A stretch of DNA of 64,000 nt from Verrucomicrobiota bacterium (GTDB taxonomy: Bacteria > Verrucomicrobiota > Verrucomicrobiia > Verrucomicrobiales > DEV007), in assembly GCA_045046875.1 (NCBI GenBank), contig JASFYY010000054.1:24901-88900 (forward strand). Reading direction: 5' to 3'. Positions 10,213-19,203 of the stretch are shown in pieces. Under the pieces are notes generated by a model. The model searched no databases. It saw only the letters and a program-made list of their open reading frames with translations, and was not told where the DNA came from. Within the stretch, counting starts at the first letter, position 1; each line of letters starts with the position of its first letter. Position numbers and translations under genes: made by a program.

Positions 10213-11784
10213 ATGAAAAAACAAATCCACACATTGCTGGCGGTAATCGCGGCGTTGACTTTTGGTCATGTGGTCTCTGCCGAGGCAAAACCTCCAAATA
10301 TTGTTCTCATTTTTGCCGATGATCTTGGTTATGGGGATATCGGCAGCTTCAATAAAAACTGTCCTTTTAAAACGCCGAACCTTGATCGTATGGCAGAGGA
10401 GGGCGCGCGCTTGACGAGTTTTTATGTGCCCACACCTTACTGCGCACCGTCGCGTGGGACGATGCTCACCGGACGCTACCCGTTTCGTCATACCGTGATG
10501 GGGAATCCGGCTCCTGATGCTGGTTTGTCAAACTTTGGTCTACCTGCCTCGGAAATCACGATTGCCGAAGTTTTAAAATCAGAAGGCTACGCCACTGCTG
10601 CATTTGGCAAATGGCATCTCGGCCACAAGCCGAAGTGGCTGCCGCGTACGCAGGGTTTCGATGAATATTTTGGGATTCTCTACTCCAATGACATGTTCCC
10701 CGTGCAACTGATCCACAACGAAGAGGTGGTCGAGTATCCGGTGGTTCAGGCCACGCTGACGAAGCGTTACATAAAACGAGCGATCCAGTTCATCGAGCAG
10801 CACAAAGACGAGCCGTTTTTTGTCTATCTTCCGCATGCCATGCCGCATAAACCGCTGGCGGTATCGGATGATTTCTATACGCCGACAAGCCGGGATAACC
10901 TTTATGCTGATGTGATCGCTGAATTGGATTCCAACGTGGGTCAGGTTCTTGCGAAGATCAAACAGCTCGGCCTGGACGACAATACGCTGGTGATCTTCAC
11001 TTCTGACAACGGCCCCTGGTATGGTGGATCCACGGGAGGTTTGCGTGGCATGAAAAGCATGACCTGGGAAGGGGGCTTGCGAGTGCCTATGATTGCCCGT
11101 TTGCCCGGCGTGATTCCAGCGGGAGTCGTTAACAATTCGCCAGCCGCCTCAATCGACATTTTCCCAACTCTGTGCAAGCTCGTAGGCGTGCCGGTTCCGG
11201 ATGATCGTGTCATCGATGGTCGCGACCTGATGCCTTTACTCAAGGATGCAAAAGTGGGGAGCCCACATAAAGCCATTTACGGAATGCATGGCAATAAGCT
11301 GAGCATGATTCGTGCTGGAAAGTGGAAACTTCATGTGCGTGCGCCTTCCCGGCGTCCCTTCGCCGGTATTCCGAAGGGACAATGGGCTGACTGGATTGAT
11401 CCGCGCGGGCCGGATGGAGTCGCCCTTCTCGCTCCCTACGAGCAACCCGGTCTTGATCAGTATCCCGGTTTGAGTAGCGGGGATGCACCCAAAGCGATGA
11501 TGTTGTTCGACCTCGATGTAGATCGCGGCGAGCAACACGACGTCGCGGATCAGCATCCGGAAGTTGTCAAAGAGTTGATGGCGATGTTTGAAAAAACGAG
11601 TGTGGAGGTGCCGGTGCTGCCGTCTGCTATATCCGATTACTTGTTCACCGGACAAAAAAAGGGCCGTCCCCGAACCCTGATGCGTTTGATCGGCGGTGAT
11701 CTTCGTTACGATCGAGTCCCTGAATCCCAACGTCACCTGCTGGCGCCAGAGGGAAAACCTAAGAATGATTCAAATAAACAATAA
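10213..11784 (+). CDS. Formylglycine-dependent sulfatase (S1)
   Basis: PNIVLIFADDLGYGD, CAPSR..LTGR active-site motif, GKWHLG, SDNG, signal peptide. Confidence 0.95.
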   Translation: MKKQIHTLLAVIAALTFGHVVSAEAKPPNIVLIFADDLGYGDIGSFNKNCPFKTPNLDRMAEEGARLTSFYVPTPYCAPSRGTMLTGRYPFRHTVMGNPAPDAGLSNFGLPASEITIAEVLKSEGYATAAFGKWHLGHKPKWLPRTQGFDEYFGILYSNDMFPVQLIHNEEVVEYPVVQATLTKRYIKRAIQFIEQHKDEPFFVYLPHAMPHKPLAVSDDFYTPTSRDNLYADVIAELDSNVGQVLAKIKQLGLDDNTLVIFTSDNGPWYGGSTGGLRGMKSMTWEGGLRVPMIARLPGVIPAGVVNNSPAASIDIFPTLCKLVGVPVPDDRVIDGRDLMPLLKDAKVGSPHKAIYGMHGNKLSMIRAGKWKLHVRAPSRRPFAGIPKGQWADWIDPRGPDGVALLAPYEQPGLDQYPGLSSGDAPKAMMLFDLDVDRGEQHDVADQHPEVVKELMAMFEKTSVEVPVLPSAISDYLFTGQKKGRPRTLMRLIGGDLRYDRVPESQRHLLAPEGKPKNDSNKQ

Positions 11785-11808
11785 ACACAAATCAAACTAC
11801 CTACTACC

Positions 11809-12438
11809 ATGAATACAAAATCAAAAATCATCACTGTCTCTATCGGTCTGTTTCTGACCGTCTCACTCGCGCTGGCCGCTGACAAGTCGGACGACGGCTG
11901 GGTCAGTATTTTCGACGGCAAGTCATTGAAGGGATGGACACCTAATGAAAAGCCGGAGAGTTGGTCGGTTAAAGATGGCGCGATCGTCGGTCACGGTGTG
12001 CGCAGTCATTTGTATTACATGAAAGAGCAATTCAAGGATTTTGAATTGAAGGCGGACGTCATGATCAATGAAGGCGGTAATTCTGGTATCTATTTTCATA
12101 TTGCCCACCATAAGGATGGCTGGTTCTACGATGGCCACGAAGCCCAGATCAATAACAGTCACGGTGACCCGGTCAGGACCGGCAGCTTGTGGGCGGTCGT
12201 GAAGCTGTATGATTCTAACGCCAAGGATAATGAGTGGTTTCCAATGCACATCACGGTTAAAGGCCAGAACATTGTGGTTCGTGTGAATGGCAAGGTCGTG
12301 GTCGATTACACCGAGCCGGAAGGTGCTACAGGTCCAAGGCATCTGGGCAAAGGTTACATTGCCCTGCAAGCTCACGACCCAGGCAGTGAGGTCAAGTTCC
12401 GCAATATTCAGGTAAAGAAGCTGGCGCCAAGAAAGTAA
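11809..12438 (+). CDS. DUF1080 / 3-keto-disaccharide hydrolase family secreted protein
   Basis: GWVSIFDGKSLKGW, GNSGIYF, EAQI, GYIALQAHD...FRNI. Confidence 0.9.
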   Translation: MNTKSKIITVSIGLFLTVSLALAADKSDDGWVSIFDGKSLKGWTPNEKPESWSVKDGAIVGHGVRSHLYYMKEQFKDFELKADVMINEGGNSGIYFHIAHHKDGWFYDGHEAQINNSHGDPVRTGSLWAVVKLYDSNAKDNEWFPMHITVKGQNIVVRVNGKVVVDYTEPEGATGPRHLGKGYIALQAHDPGSEVKFRNIQVKKLAPRK

Positions 12439-12540
12439 GTAGGACTCCTGGTATCCACACTGTAATGCTCGTAATGATGACACAGTGTAATGTGAGTTTT
12501 TTCGGGATTTTAATAGCCACCAGGGGAGGGTTGGCCACCC

Positions 12541-12783
12541 AATGACGTAAGTGAGTCAAGTTATGTAGGTTTTTGATCCGCCTAATGATCCACTTCGGTC
12601 ATGAATTCCCGCTGTGTTCGCTCGAATTGCCCGCATCCCATGTAAACGGATCCACTACAATACCCTGTTTCCAGTGGTTTCCGGGCACAATACAGGTGAA
12701 GCTTGCTTCATACTAGGTTCGCAAACGACTCACGAACCGGTCGCCACGTTGAGCAAAATGCGAACTTTTATTGCTGTTTGCAT
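12541..12783 (+). repeat. Dispersed ~240-bp non-coding repeat, copy A
   Basis: Shares blocks ATGACGYAAGTGAGTCAAGTTATGYAGGTTTTT, TGTTTCCAG.GGTTTCCGGG, CTCACGAACCGGTCGCCAC and CGAACTTTTATTG with 13579-13812. Confidence 0.85.
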
Positions 12784-12887
12784 AAGTGCCTGAAAATAAG
12801 TCTTTTGAGTGACTTGAGATCAGAAAGGTAAAAAGAAATCTCGAAATAAAGCTATTCGGAAACACCGAAATAGATTGCCTTATTCAT

Positions 12888-13112
12888 ATGGGTTTTCGTG
12901 ATCGTATCACTATTGAAGCAGGCAAGCGCAGTGGTCAGCCGTGTATCAGGGGGATGCGTATCACAGTTGTAGATGTATTGAAATACCTTGCCGGGGGAAT
13001 GTCGCCGAAGGAAATCCTTGCGGATTTTCTCGAATTGGAGTCTGAGGACATCAGGGCTTGTTTGGCTTTCGCTGCACAACGTGAGCGTCATCTTGAAGTG
13101 TTGGGGACGTGA
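12888..13112 (+). CDS. DUF433 antitoxin
   Basis: RITIEAGKRSGQPCIRGMRITV..VL.YLA.GMS..EIL.DF.ELE.EDIRACLAFA family pattern. Confidence 0.92.
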   Translation: MGFRDRITIEAGKRSGQPCIRGMRITVVDVLKYLAGGMSPKEILADFLELESEDIRACLAFAAQRERHLEVLGT

Positions 13113-13442
13113 AGCTTTTGCTGGATCAAAATCTGTCAAGACGACTGGTTGGTATTATCAGCGAAAAAATTTCCAGGCTCAGTGCATGTGATCGAACTGG
13201 GGATGGAGAAAACCGATGACATCGCGATTTGGAATTATGCCAAAGAGAATGATTTCACCATTGTATCCAAGGATAAGGACTTCTGGCAAAGGAGTATCTT
13301 AGTAGGGCATCCTCCTAAAGTGGTTCGGCTCAGAGTGGGAAATTGTTCTGTGGATGAAACTGCTAAAGTAATCCTCCATAATGCGGATGGAATAAAAGCT
13401 TTCCTTACGCATGAATCAAAATCCTATTTTCTTCTACCGTAG
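13109..13442 (+). pseudogene. DUF5615 PIN-like toxin, frameshifted
   Basis: GTG start overlapping the antitoxin stop gives MKLLLDQNLSRRLVGIISEK. An extra A in the A6 run at 13164-13169 shifts the frame. The rest (FPGSVHV...DDIAIW...SKDKDF...PPKVV) is in the 13149..13442 frame. Confidence 0.85.
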
Positions 13443-13578
13443 GTGCGAGGTCATTGTTCCCAGAGCATCGGGACGACTTACTCAAAATAACCCGCGCACG
13501 GATTCCGGCGATCACCAGTGAATATTGATGTGGGATTCAGATAGATGAGAGGTTTTCCCAAGTGAGTTGATTTACCCT

Positions 13579-13812
13579 GATGACGCAAGTGAGTCAAGTT
13601 ATGCAGGTTTTTAGGCTCGGCCTAGAGTCTGCTTGGCTCACGTTTCCTGCCATTTACCAGCAGATATACCCAGCTCCCACCGAAACGGATTGACCACAAT
13701 TCCTTGTTTCCAGAGGTTTCCGGGTACCAGAACCACGAAGTCTTGCGTCAGGAAAGTTCGGTTTCCTCTCACGAACCGGTCGCCACTTTGAGTAGAATAC
13801 GAACTTTTATTG
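13579..13812 (+). repeat. Dispersed ~240-bp non-coding repeat, copy B
   Basis: Direct-orientation homologue of 12541-12783. Contains an internal inverted pair TGACGCAAG (13581) / CTTGCGTCA (13742). Confidence 0.85.
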
Positions 13813-14083
13813 GGTCTCCACCAAAGATTGGGGACAAGAGTATTTTTTTAGGGGGAGCGATACTCCACTGATAACTTCTTTGGACCGCGCTTGGCAGATA
13901 CCTATCAAGGTGGGGATAAGGAAGCTCAGAAAAATCTGTTGAATTCGATAAAGGTAAAGTAGTCAGGTGGTAGGCGAAGTAACACCTCGGTAAAAAACAA
14001 ATATTCCAAACGATGTTCTCTTCCGCCAGCTTTGCTAAATAGCAATTTGCATCTCCCTGCTCTTTTATTATACTAAAACACCT

Positions 14084-14551
14084 ATGAATACCCGCAACAC
14101 TGATTCAAGTTCCTCCAAATCGACGGGCAAACAAATCACCAGGGCAGCTGCTCTTGTCGCCCTGCTAGCAAGTTCAGCTCTTACCTTCGGTTGCGTTGCA
14201 GCAGGAGCCACTTCCGCAAGCCTTGGTTCCATTTCATCTCTTTCAGGGTCCTCTGCTAGCAGTGCAGCTAACCACCATCACCATAGTGCTTATTACAATG
14301 ATGTGCGCGAGTCCACAGCTGCGGCGATCATCGCCCAGGCTTCCACTGCTGAAGTCCTGCGCAGCGTCAGTCGTGCTGCCAAACAACACGGCATCAGCGA
14401 TTGGGAGGCGGAGCAAGATTCTTACATCGCCCTTGGCGAAGGACTTCGCCAAGCAGGGTTGACACAGGATCAAGCTCAAAAATGGATCTCCCGCCTCAGT
14501 CCTGGAAATCAACAAAACGCTCAGCTCATGCTGAAAGCTTACCAGGCCTGA
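14084..14551 (+). CDS. Small putative lipoprotein with Ser-rich linker
   Basis: Hydrophobic stretch ending in lipobox-like LTFGC, Ser-rich linker, then a small helical domain (YYNDVR...HGISDWE...YIALGEGLRQAG). Confidence 0.7.
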   Translation: MNTRNTDSSSSKSTGKQITRAAALVALLASSALTFGCVAAGATSASLGSISSLSGSSASSAANHHHHSAYYNDVRESTAAAIIAQASTAEVLRSVSRAAKQHGISDWEAEQDSYIALGEGLRQAGLTQDQAQKWISRLSPGNQQNAQLMLKAYQA

Positions 14552-14576
14552 GCCTGTCTCGACACCATTTCATTCC

Positions 14577-16430
14577 ATGATTCTCCGACTGCTGCTCTTC
14601 GCAGCCATTGCCCTAGGCGAGTCGGAAACATGGGCGGCAGTTGATCCGCCACCCACTATCTCGCTTGTCAGTGTGACGCCCAATACCGGTGGATCCAGTG
14701 GAGGGCACAGTGCGCTGCGCATAGATGATCGCATCTACCACTTTCAAGCCAACAGCTTCTCGTTTTTACTTTTGCGCCGGGATTCCTGGGAGTTTTTCGA
14801 GCGCAACTACCGCCAACTGGACAATCGCAGTATCACCTTGCTTCCGCTGCAGCTCGCAGCTAAAGATGCCCGTAGGATCAAAGCTCGCTTCGGCAGGGTT
14901 TTAGCGGTTCAGCAAAAGCTAATCTCCCGCTGGCACTCGCTCAGAATAGAACAGCAATGGTTCGAGCATTTGGGTGAAAGCGAGTTGTCCGTCTCGATCC
15001 CGATCATCGCTTATTTTGATTCCCAAGCGTCTGAAAACACCCTCGATCTACGAACGCTGAGCTATTCCGCTCTGGGAGCCGCCTATCTCGATCGGCAACT
15101 TGGTGATATAACCACTGACCTCATCTCAAAAGCGAGTGTATCAAGCCGGTGTCAGACACGCCCACTCACCCTCGATACCTTCCCAAAAGCATACGAGATC
15201 GAATCTGAACGCCGACTTGAGCAACTCACCTTGCGTGAGGCCTTTATCATTTTAAAACAAGGTCGAGGCATCTCCGCCTCGCAAATCATCTGCCCTGACG
15301 ATACGCCGCTGTCCCAGAGTGAGCGCAAACAATTAAAACAACTATCAGATTTTTACCGCCAATCCATTCCCCGCCTGTTGCAATCCATACGTCCCGATCG
15401 TGGTGAAGCTCTACTGCTAGCCATCGCCCGCTACGATGTGTTGAAACACTCACTCAGGCAAAATCGCCTGTTGCTGCTTAACGTGTTTCCTACTGACGAG
15501 CGAGCTATCTCGCTGATGACTGCCAAAGAGACCCGGCGCCATCATGAACTTTTAAGTGCATTAACTCAGCAAGGCTTGAACAGCTGGCAGCAACTGCGCC
15601 ATTTTCACCTCGCTACTGGGCACATGCTGACGGAATATACTTACCAGAAAATGGAAGGCACCGCATCCCGCTATGCTCAGGCTCGTGATGCCATCGACAA
15701 GGGGCGGCCCTTACAAACCTGTTCTCCGGATCTGTTACTTCCTCTTCGTAAAGGAAAAATAACTCCACTCAGAATTCCCAGCCTGCCAGCGAATACACTC
15801 AATCAAGCCCGACAACAAGCTGTCAAGTGCTACCAAAATTACCTCGCTTATATGAACACCCTATATGGTTACTCATTGCTACGTCACAATTGCACTACCG
15901 AACTTTCTCGCACCATTCAGTCAGCCTTCCCTGATGCAAACGATGTCACCCGAGCGCTAGGGGCAACCATCAAGCATCATCAAGGGCTAACCCTCATTCC
16001 TGCAGTATTTTCAAGCAAAGTGCAAGCACAATGGAATACCTCCGCCCCAGTGATTTTACCTTCTTATCGTATCGAACAAAGTCGATCCCAGACTCTCCAG
16101 CGGACTCCGCTATGGGAAAAACTACGCGAGAGTAATCGTTGGACATCAACCGTCTATCCCGGCTCGATTCACGACTCAGCTTTTTTAGTTTTCTCTGACG
16201 GAGTTCCCATTCTGCGGCCACTACAAGGTAGTGCCAATCTGCTTTACGGACTCAGTCATACTGGGGTAGGTCTCGCCACTGCCGTCACTGGCAACGGTCG
16301 CCGCCGGGTGAAATACGGATTAGAAGGCATGTTTTACAGCCTGCCTGAAATCATCGGTATCAGCATCCGCAAAGGGCGCTACGACATCCTGCCGCAGGAT
16401 GATGTCAAGCCATTAGTGTCCAGTCATTAA
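14577..16430 (+). CDS. Secreted protein with permuted papain-like (NlpC/P60 superfamily) motifs
   Basis: Signal peptide, N-terminal GGHSAL His motif, distal YSLLRHNCTTEL Cys motif. Directly downstream of the lipoprotein. Confidence 0.55.
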   Translation: MILRLLLFAAIALGESETWAAVDPPPTISLVSVTPNTGGSSGGHSALRIDDRIYHFQANSFSFLLLRRDSWEFFERNYRQLDNRSITLLPLQLAAKDARRIKARFGRVLAVQQKLISRWHSLRIEQQWFEHLGESELSVSIPIIAYFDSQASENTLDLRTLSYSALGAAYLDRQLGDITTDLISKASVSSRCQTRPLTLDTFPKAYEIESERRLEQLTLREAFIILKQGRGISASQIICPDDTPLSQSERKQLKQLSDFYRQSIPRLLQSIRPDRGEALLLAIARYDVLKHSLRQNRLLLLNVFPTDERAISLMTAKETRRHHELLSALTQQGLNSWQQLRHFHLATGHMLTEYTYQKMEGTASRYAQARDAIDKGRPLQTCSPDLLLPLRKGKITPLRIPSLPANTLNQARQQAVKCYQNYLAYMNTLYGYSLLRHNCTTELSRTIQSAFPDANDVTRALGATIKHHQGLTLIPAVFSSKVQAQWNTSAPVILPSYRIEQSRSQTLQRTPLWEKLRESNRWTSTVYPGSIHDSAFLVFSDGVPILRPLQGSANLLYGLSHTGVGLATAVTGNGRRRVKYGLEGMFYSLPEIIGISIRKGRYDILPQDDVKPLVSSH

Positions 16431-16576
16431 TGGGGAATGGAGCAGACTCTATTGAACTGGAGGGCTGAGTTCAAACACTCAAAGGGTGTGAAAATGGTAT
16501 AAGCTTGACGAAGGATTCCTCCAGCTATTGGTAGAAAGGGGATTCGGAACAAAATATGAAGCAATTGAGGATAGCT

Positions 16577-17953
16577 CTAATTTTTCTCAACAAACTCAAC
16601 CAGCTTGTCAGTTAGTATTTTTGCTCCGGAGATATGGAGGTGGTCGACATCAGAGAAATGTTGGTGTTTGAATTAGTGGTGACCAGCTTGATGTATGTCG
16701 AGGAAATAGATGCAGGAGGATTTTTTGCTGAGAGTTTTCAATCTATCTGCCAAACGGTCATAGTCTGCATTGCCGGTATCATCGCCATCGACCACGGCAG
16801 TTTCCGTAACCAGTGGATGGTAGGGAGGGGTGAAGAGCAGGACTTTGATTTTGTGGTGAGCTAAATTCTTCACCGAATTTTGGAATTGGAGCCAAGCTTG
16901 GTCATTCCAGGTAAAATGAGGACGACGGCATCGTGCTAGGATAGCTTTGCGTGTATCGTCTGACAGGGGAACTGGAAAATCTCGGGTTTTCTTTTTCGCC
17001 CAACCCCAAGGGTGTAACTTGCTGTCGAGTTTTTCTCTAATTTGATCGAAGGTGATCGGGATTGTGGGTGTGGTTTTATTGACCAGTTGCTGCCAGTGTT
17101 GTTGGTCGTAGAGATAACCTGGACTTTTTTGGAATAGTCGGGCGCGTCGGTCAATGGCGTAATTTTGGTTAAAAATTCGCGGGCTGATTCCCCAGATTAC
17201 CCATTCGAGGTGGGGCAGGTCGGCGAGGTATCGATCAGCCAGGATGCTTTGAAATGAAACGCCACTGCCAGCTGGAGACAAGCTCAAGCTAACAGGCACA
17301 TCGTTGTTGCCTGGTTGATAGAATAGCTGCGGGTCCACCGCGGCAGCACTATGGGAATTGCCTAACACTGCTAGTTTTAATTGCTGGCGGATCAGCCAAT
17401 AGACTTGCAGTCGTCTGGAGATATCGCTGCGGTAATCGTTGCGAACATTTTCGGGAGGAGTGTAAGAATTGGGGATGGGAGTGAGGTCGTAGTAAATTTT
17501 TTCTTCCGGATCAAATTCCAGGTCGTTGCGTTGATAAACGGAATTGAGCTCTGGCATGGATGAGAGCGGGGTGAGGTATAGGTTTTGGATGGTTCCTTTT
17601 TGAGTGTTGAGAGGTAACTTTTGTTTATTGGTGATCGCCCACTGGGCAATGCGGATTTTATCCGAGTCGGTTTTCCTCCCATCAAGCGCTTCCAATACTT
17701 GGTATTCATTTATGATCAGCGCTTCTTCGTAAGGACTGATTTGATCCAAAGTGGGGATAGAAGAGCATTGAGTGAGGATTAGTTTGAGGTGTCTATCGAC
17801 TGGGGTTCCGGTGCCACTTTCTCCAGAATCTTGACATCCAATGGAAAAAAAAATGCCTATGACGGCAAATGCGCCAGCAAAAAACGGAAGAGTGGTATTA
17901 AGGTGCATAGGATGTGAAGATTCTTGTGGTTTGAATCTGACAATGATTGGCAA
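16577..17953 (-). pseudogene. SGNH/DltD-like protein interrupted by an in-frame TAA
   Basis: GNSH nucleophile motif and FTPPYHP. Reading through TAA at 16673-16675 gives FKHQHFSDVDHLHISGAKILTDKLVEFVEKN-stop, which holds the DxxH catalytic motif. Confidence 0.7.
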
Positions 17954-18022
17954 GTTTTTATAAAATGGAGTTTTTTTCCAGAGTGAAGCAGTGTTAGATG
18001 GAAGTGAAATAATAGATATCTA

Positions 18023-18949
18023 ATGAATCAACTCGATCAGAGGTTAGAACAGCGGTCACTTTCTGTTGGCATGTGGGCTAATTTGGTGATGGGTATAGCG
18101 GGGGTGGTAGCAGCTGTGCTGTCGAATTCCGATGCATTGATGGTCGATGGTTTGTATTCCGCGGTGAATTTTGTTTCGGCGATTATCGCTGGGCGTGTTG
18201 TGGCTTCGGTGATGCGGCAGCCTGATCAGAAGAGTCCCTTTGGTTACGAAGCGGACGAATCGCTCTACGTGCTTTTTCGATCGTTGGTATTGTTGGGGAT
18301 CCTGATATTTGCTTGTTTCACTTCGCTCGATAAAATTATCACCTATGCAAGAGGGGGGGACGTCCCAGAACTCATTTTAGGTCCGATTACTATTTACATG
18401 ATTGCCATGGTGGCGATTTGTTTTGGTCTGGCGGGCTGGTATGATTTTAACTGGAAAAAAACGGGATGCCGCAGTGAGATTCTGAAAACGGAACGCGCGG
18501 CTGCTATTGTGGATGGGTTCATCAGTGCGGGAGCCGGTGGGGCTTTGATCGGAGTCGTGCTTTTACGAGGAACTCCGTTTGAGGGTATTATTCCCATTGC
18601 CGATGCGGTGGTAGTATTGGTGTTGTCCGTGGTGATGATTGGCCAACCGATGGGAACCTTTCGCAGCGCTTTACGCGAAGTTGCCGGTCGTTCTGTGGAT
18701 GAAAAAACGACGGCCAGGGTGCGTGGGCGAATTGAGCGGGTGATTGATGACTTGCCTTGTGAATTGCTTGAAGTCGGTGTTACCAAGTTAGGCAGGGTGC
18801 ACTTTGTGATATGTTACATCAAACCAAGTGGATCCATCACAGCAAGTGGCCTTGATGGTTTGCGGGAAGAATTGCACAAAAGTTATGCTGATCTATTTAC
18901 CCAGCTGCGAACGGAAATGGTGTTCACTGCAGAGGCTCCTTATCAATAG
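18023..18949 (+). CDS. Cation diffusion facilitator (CDF) family transporter
   Basis: About six TM helices, SDALMVDGLYS, PD...PFGY, cytoplasmic C-terminal domain. Confidence 0.85.
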   Translation: MNQLDQRLEQRSLSVGMWANLVMGIAGVVAAVLSNSDALMVDGLYSAVNFVSAIIAGRVVASVMRQPDQKSPFGYEADESLYVLFRSLVLLGILIFACFTSLDKIITYARGGDVPELILGPITIYMIAMVAICFGLAGWYDFNWKKTGCRSEILKTERAAAIVDGFISAGAGGALIGVVLLRGTPFEGIIPIADAVVVLVLSVVMIGQPMGTFRSALREVAGRSVDEKTTARVRGRIERVIDDLPCELLEVGVTKLGRVHFVICYIKPSGSITASGLDGLREELHKSYADLFTQLRTEMVFTAEAPYQ

Positions 18950-19086
18950 GGAATGATAACTGGCTTTCAATGGGCAGAAACTGGAAGGAATAACCCGAGA
19001 TCCTTTGTCCAAAGCTTCGCGCGGGCTGAACCCTGTCCGTGCCCGTTGAAGATTTCCATTGTAGCTTTTCACCTGGCCGCAGCTCT

Positions 19087-19175
19087 ACGAAAGCTTACGT
19101 CAGAAAAGTTGGGTTTCTTCTCACCTAGCGGTCGTCACCTTATGCAAAGTACCGAAATTTCAGTGCTGTTCGTGC
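19087..19175 (+). repeat. Partial third copy (3' part) of the dispersed repeat
   Basis: CTTACGTCAGAAAAGTTGGGTTTCTTCTCACCTAGCGGTCGTCAC aligns with copy B CTTGCGTCAGGAAAGTTCGGTTTCCTCTCACGAACCGGTCGCCAC. Ends TGCTGTTCG, compared with TGCTGTTTG in copy A. Confidence 0.7.
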
Positions 19176-19203
19176 ATGGCCTCTACTAAAGCTCAGTCCG
19201 AAG

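Noticed and set aside
13149..13442. Stand-alone 97-aa gene or programmed frameshift
   Set aside because: It lacks the N-terminal catalytic LLDQN motif. A +1 shift would be needed and no stimulatory signal is evident, so mutation or sequencing error is simpler.
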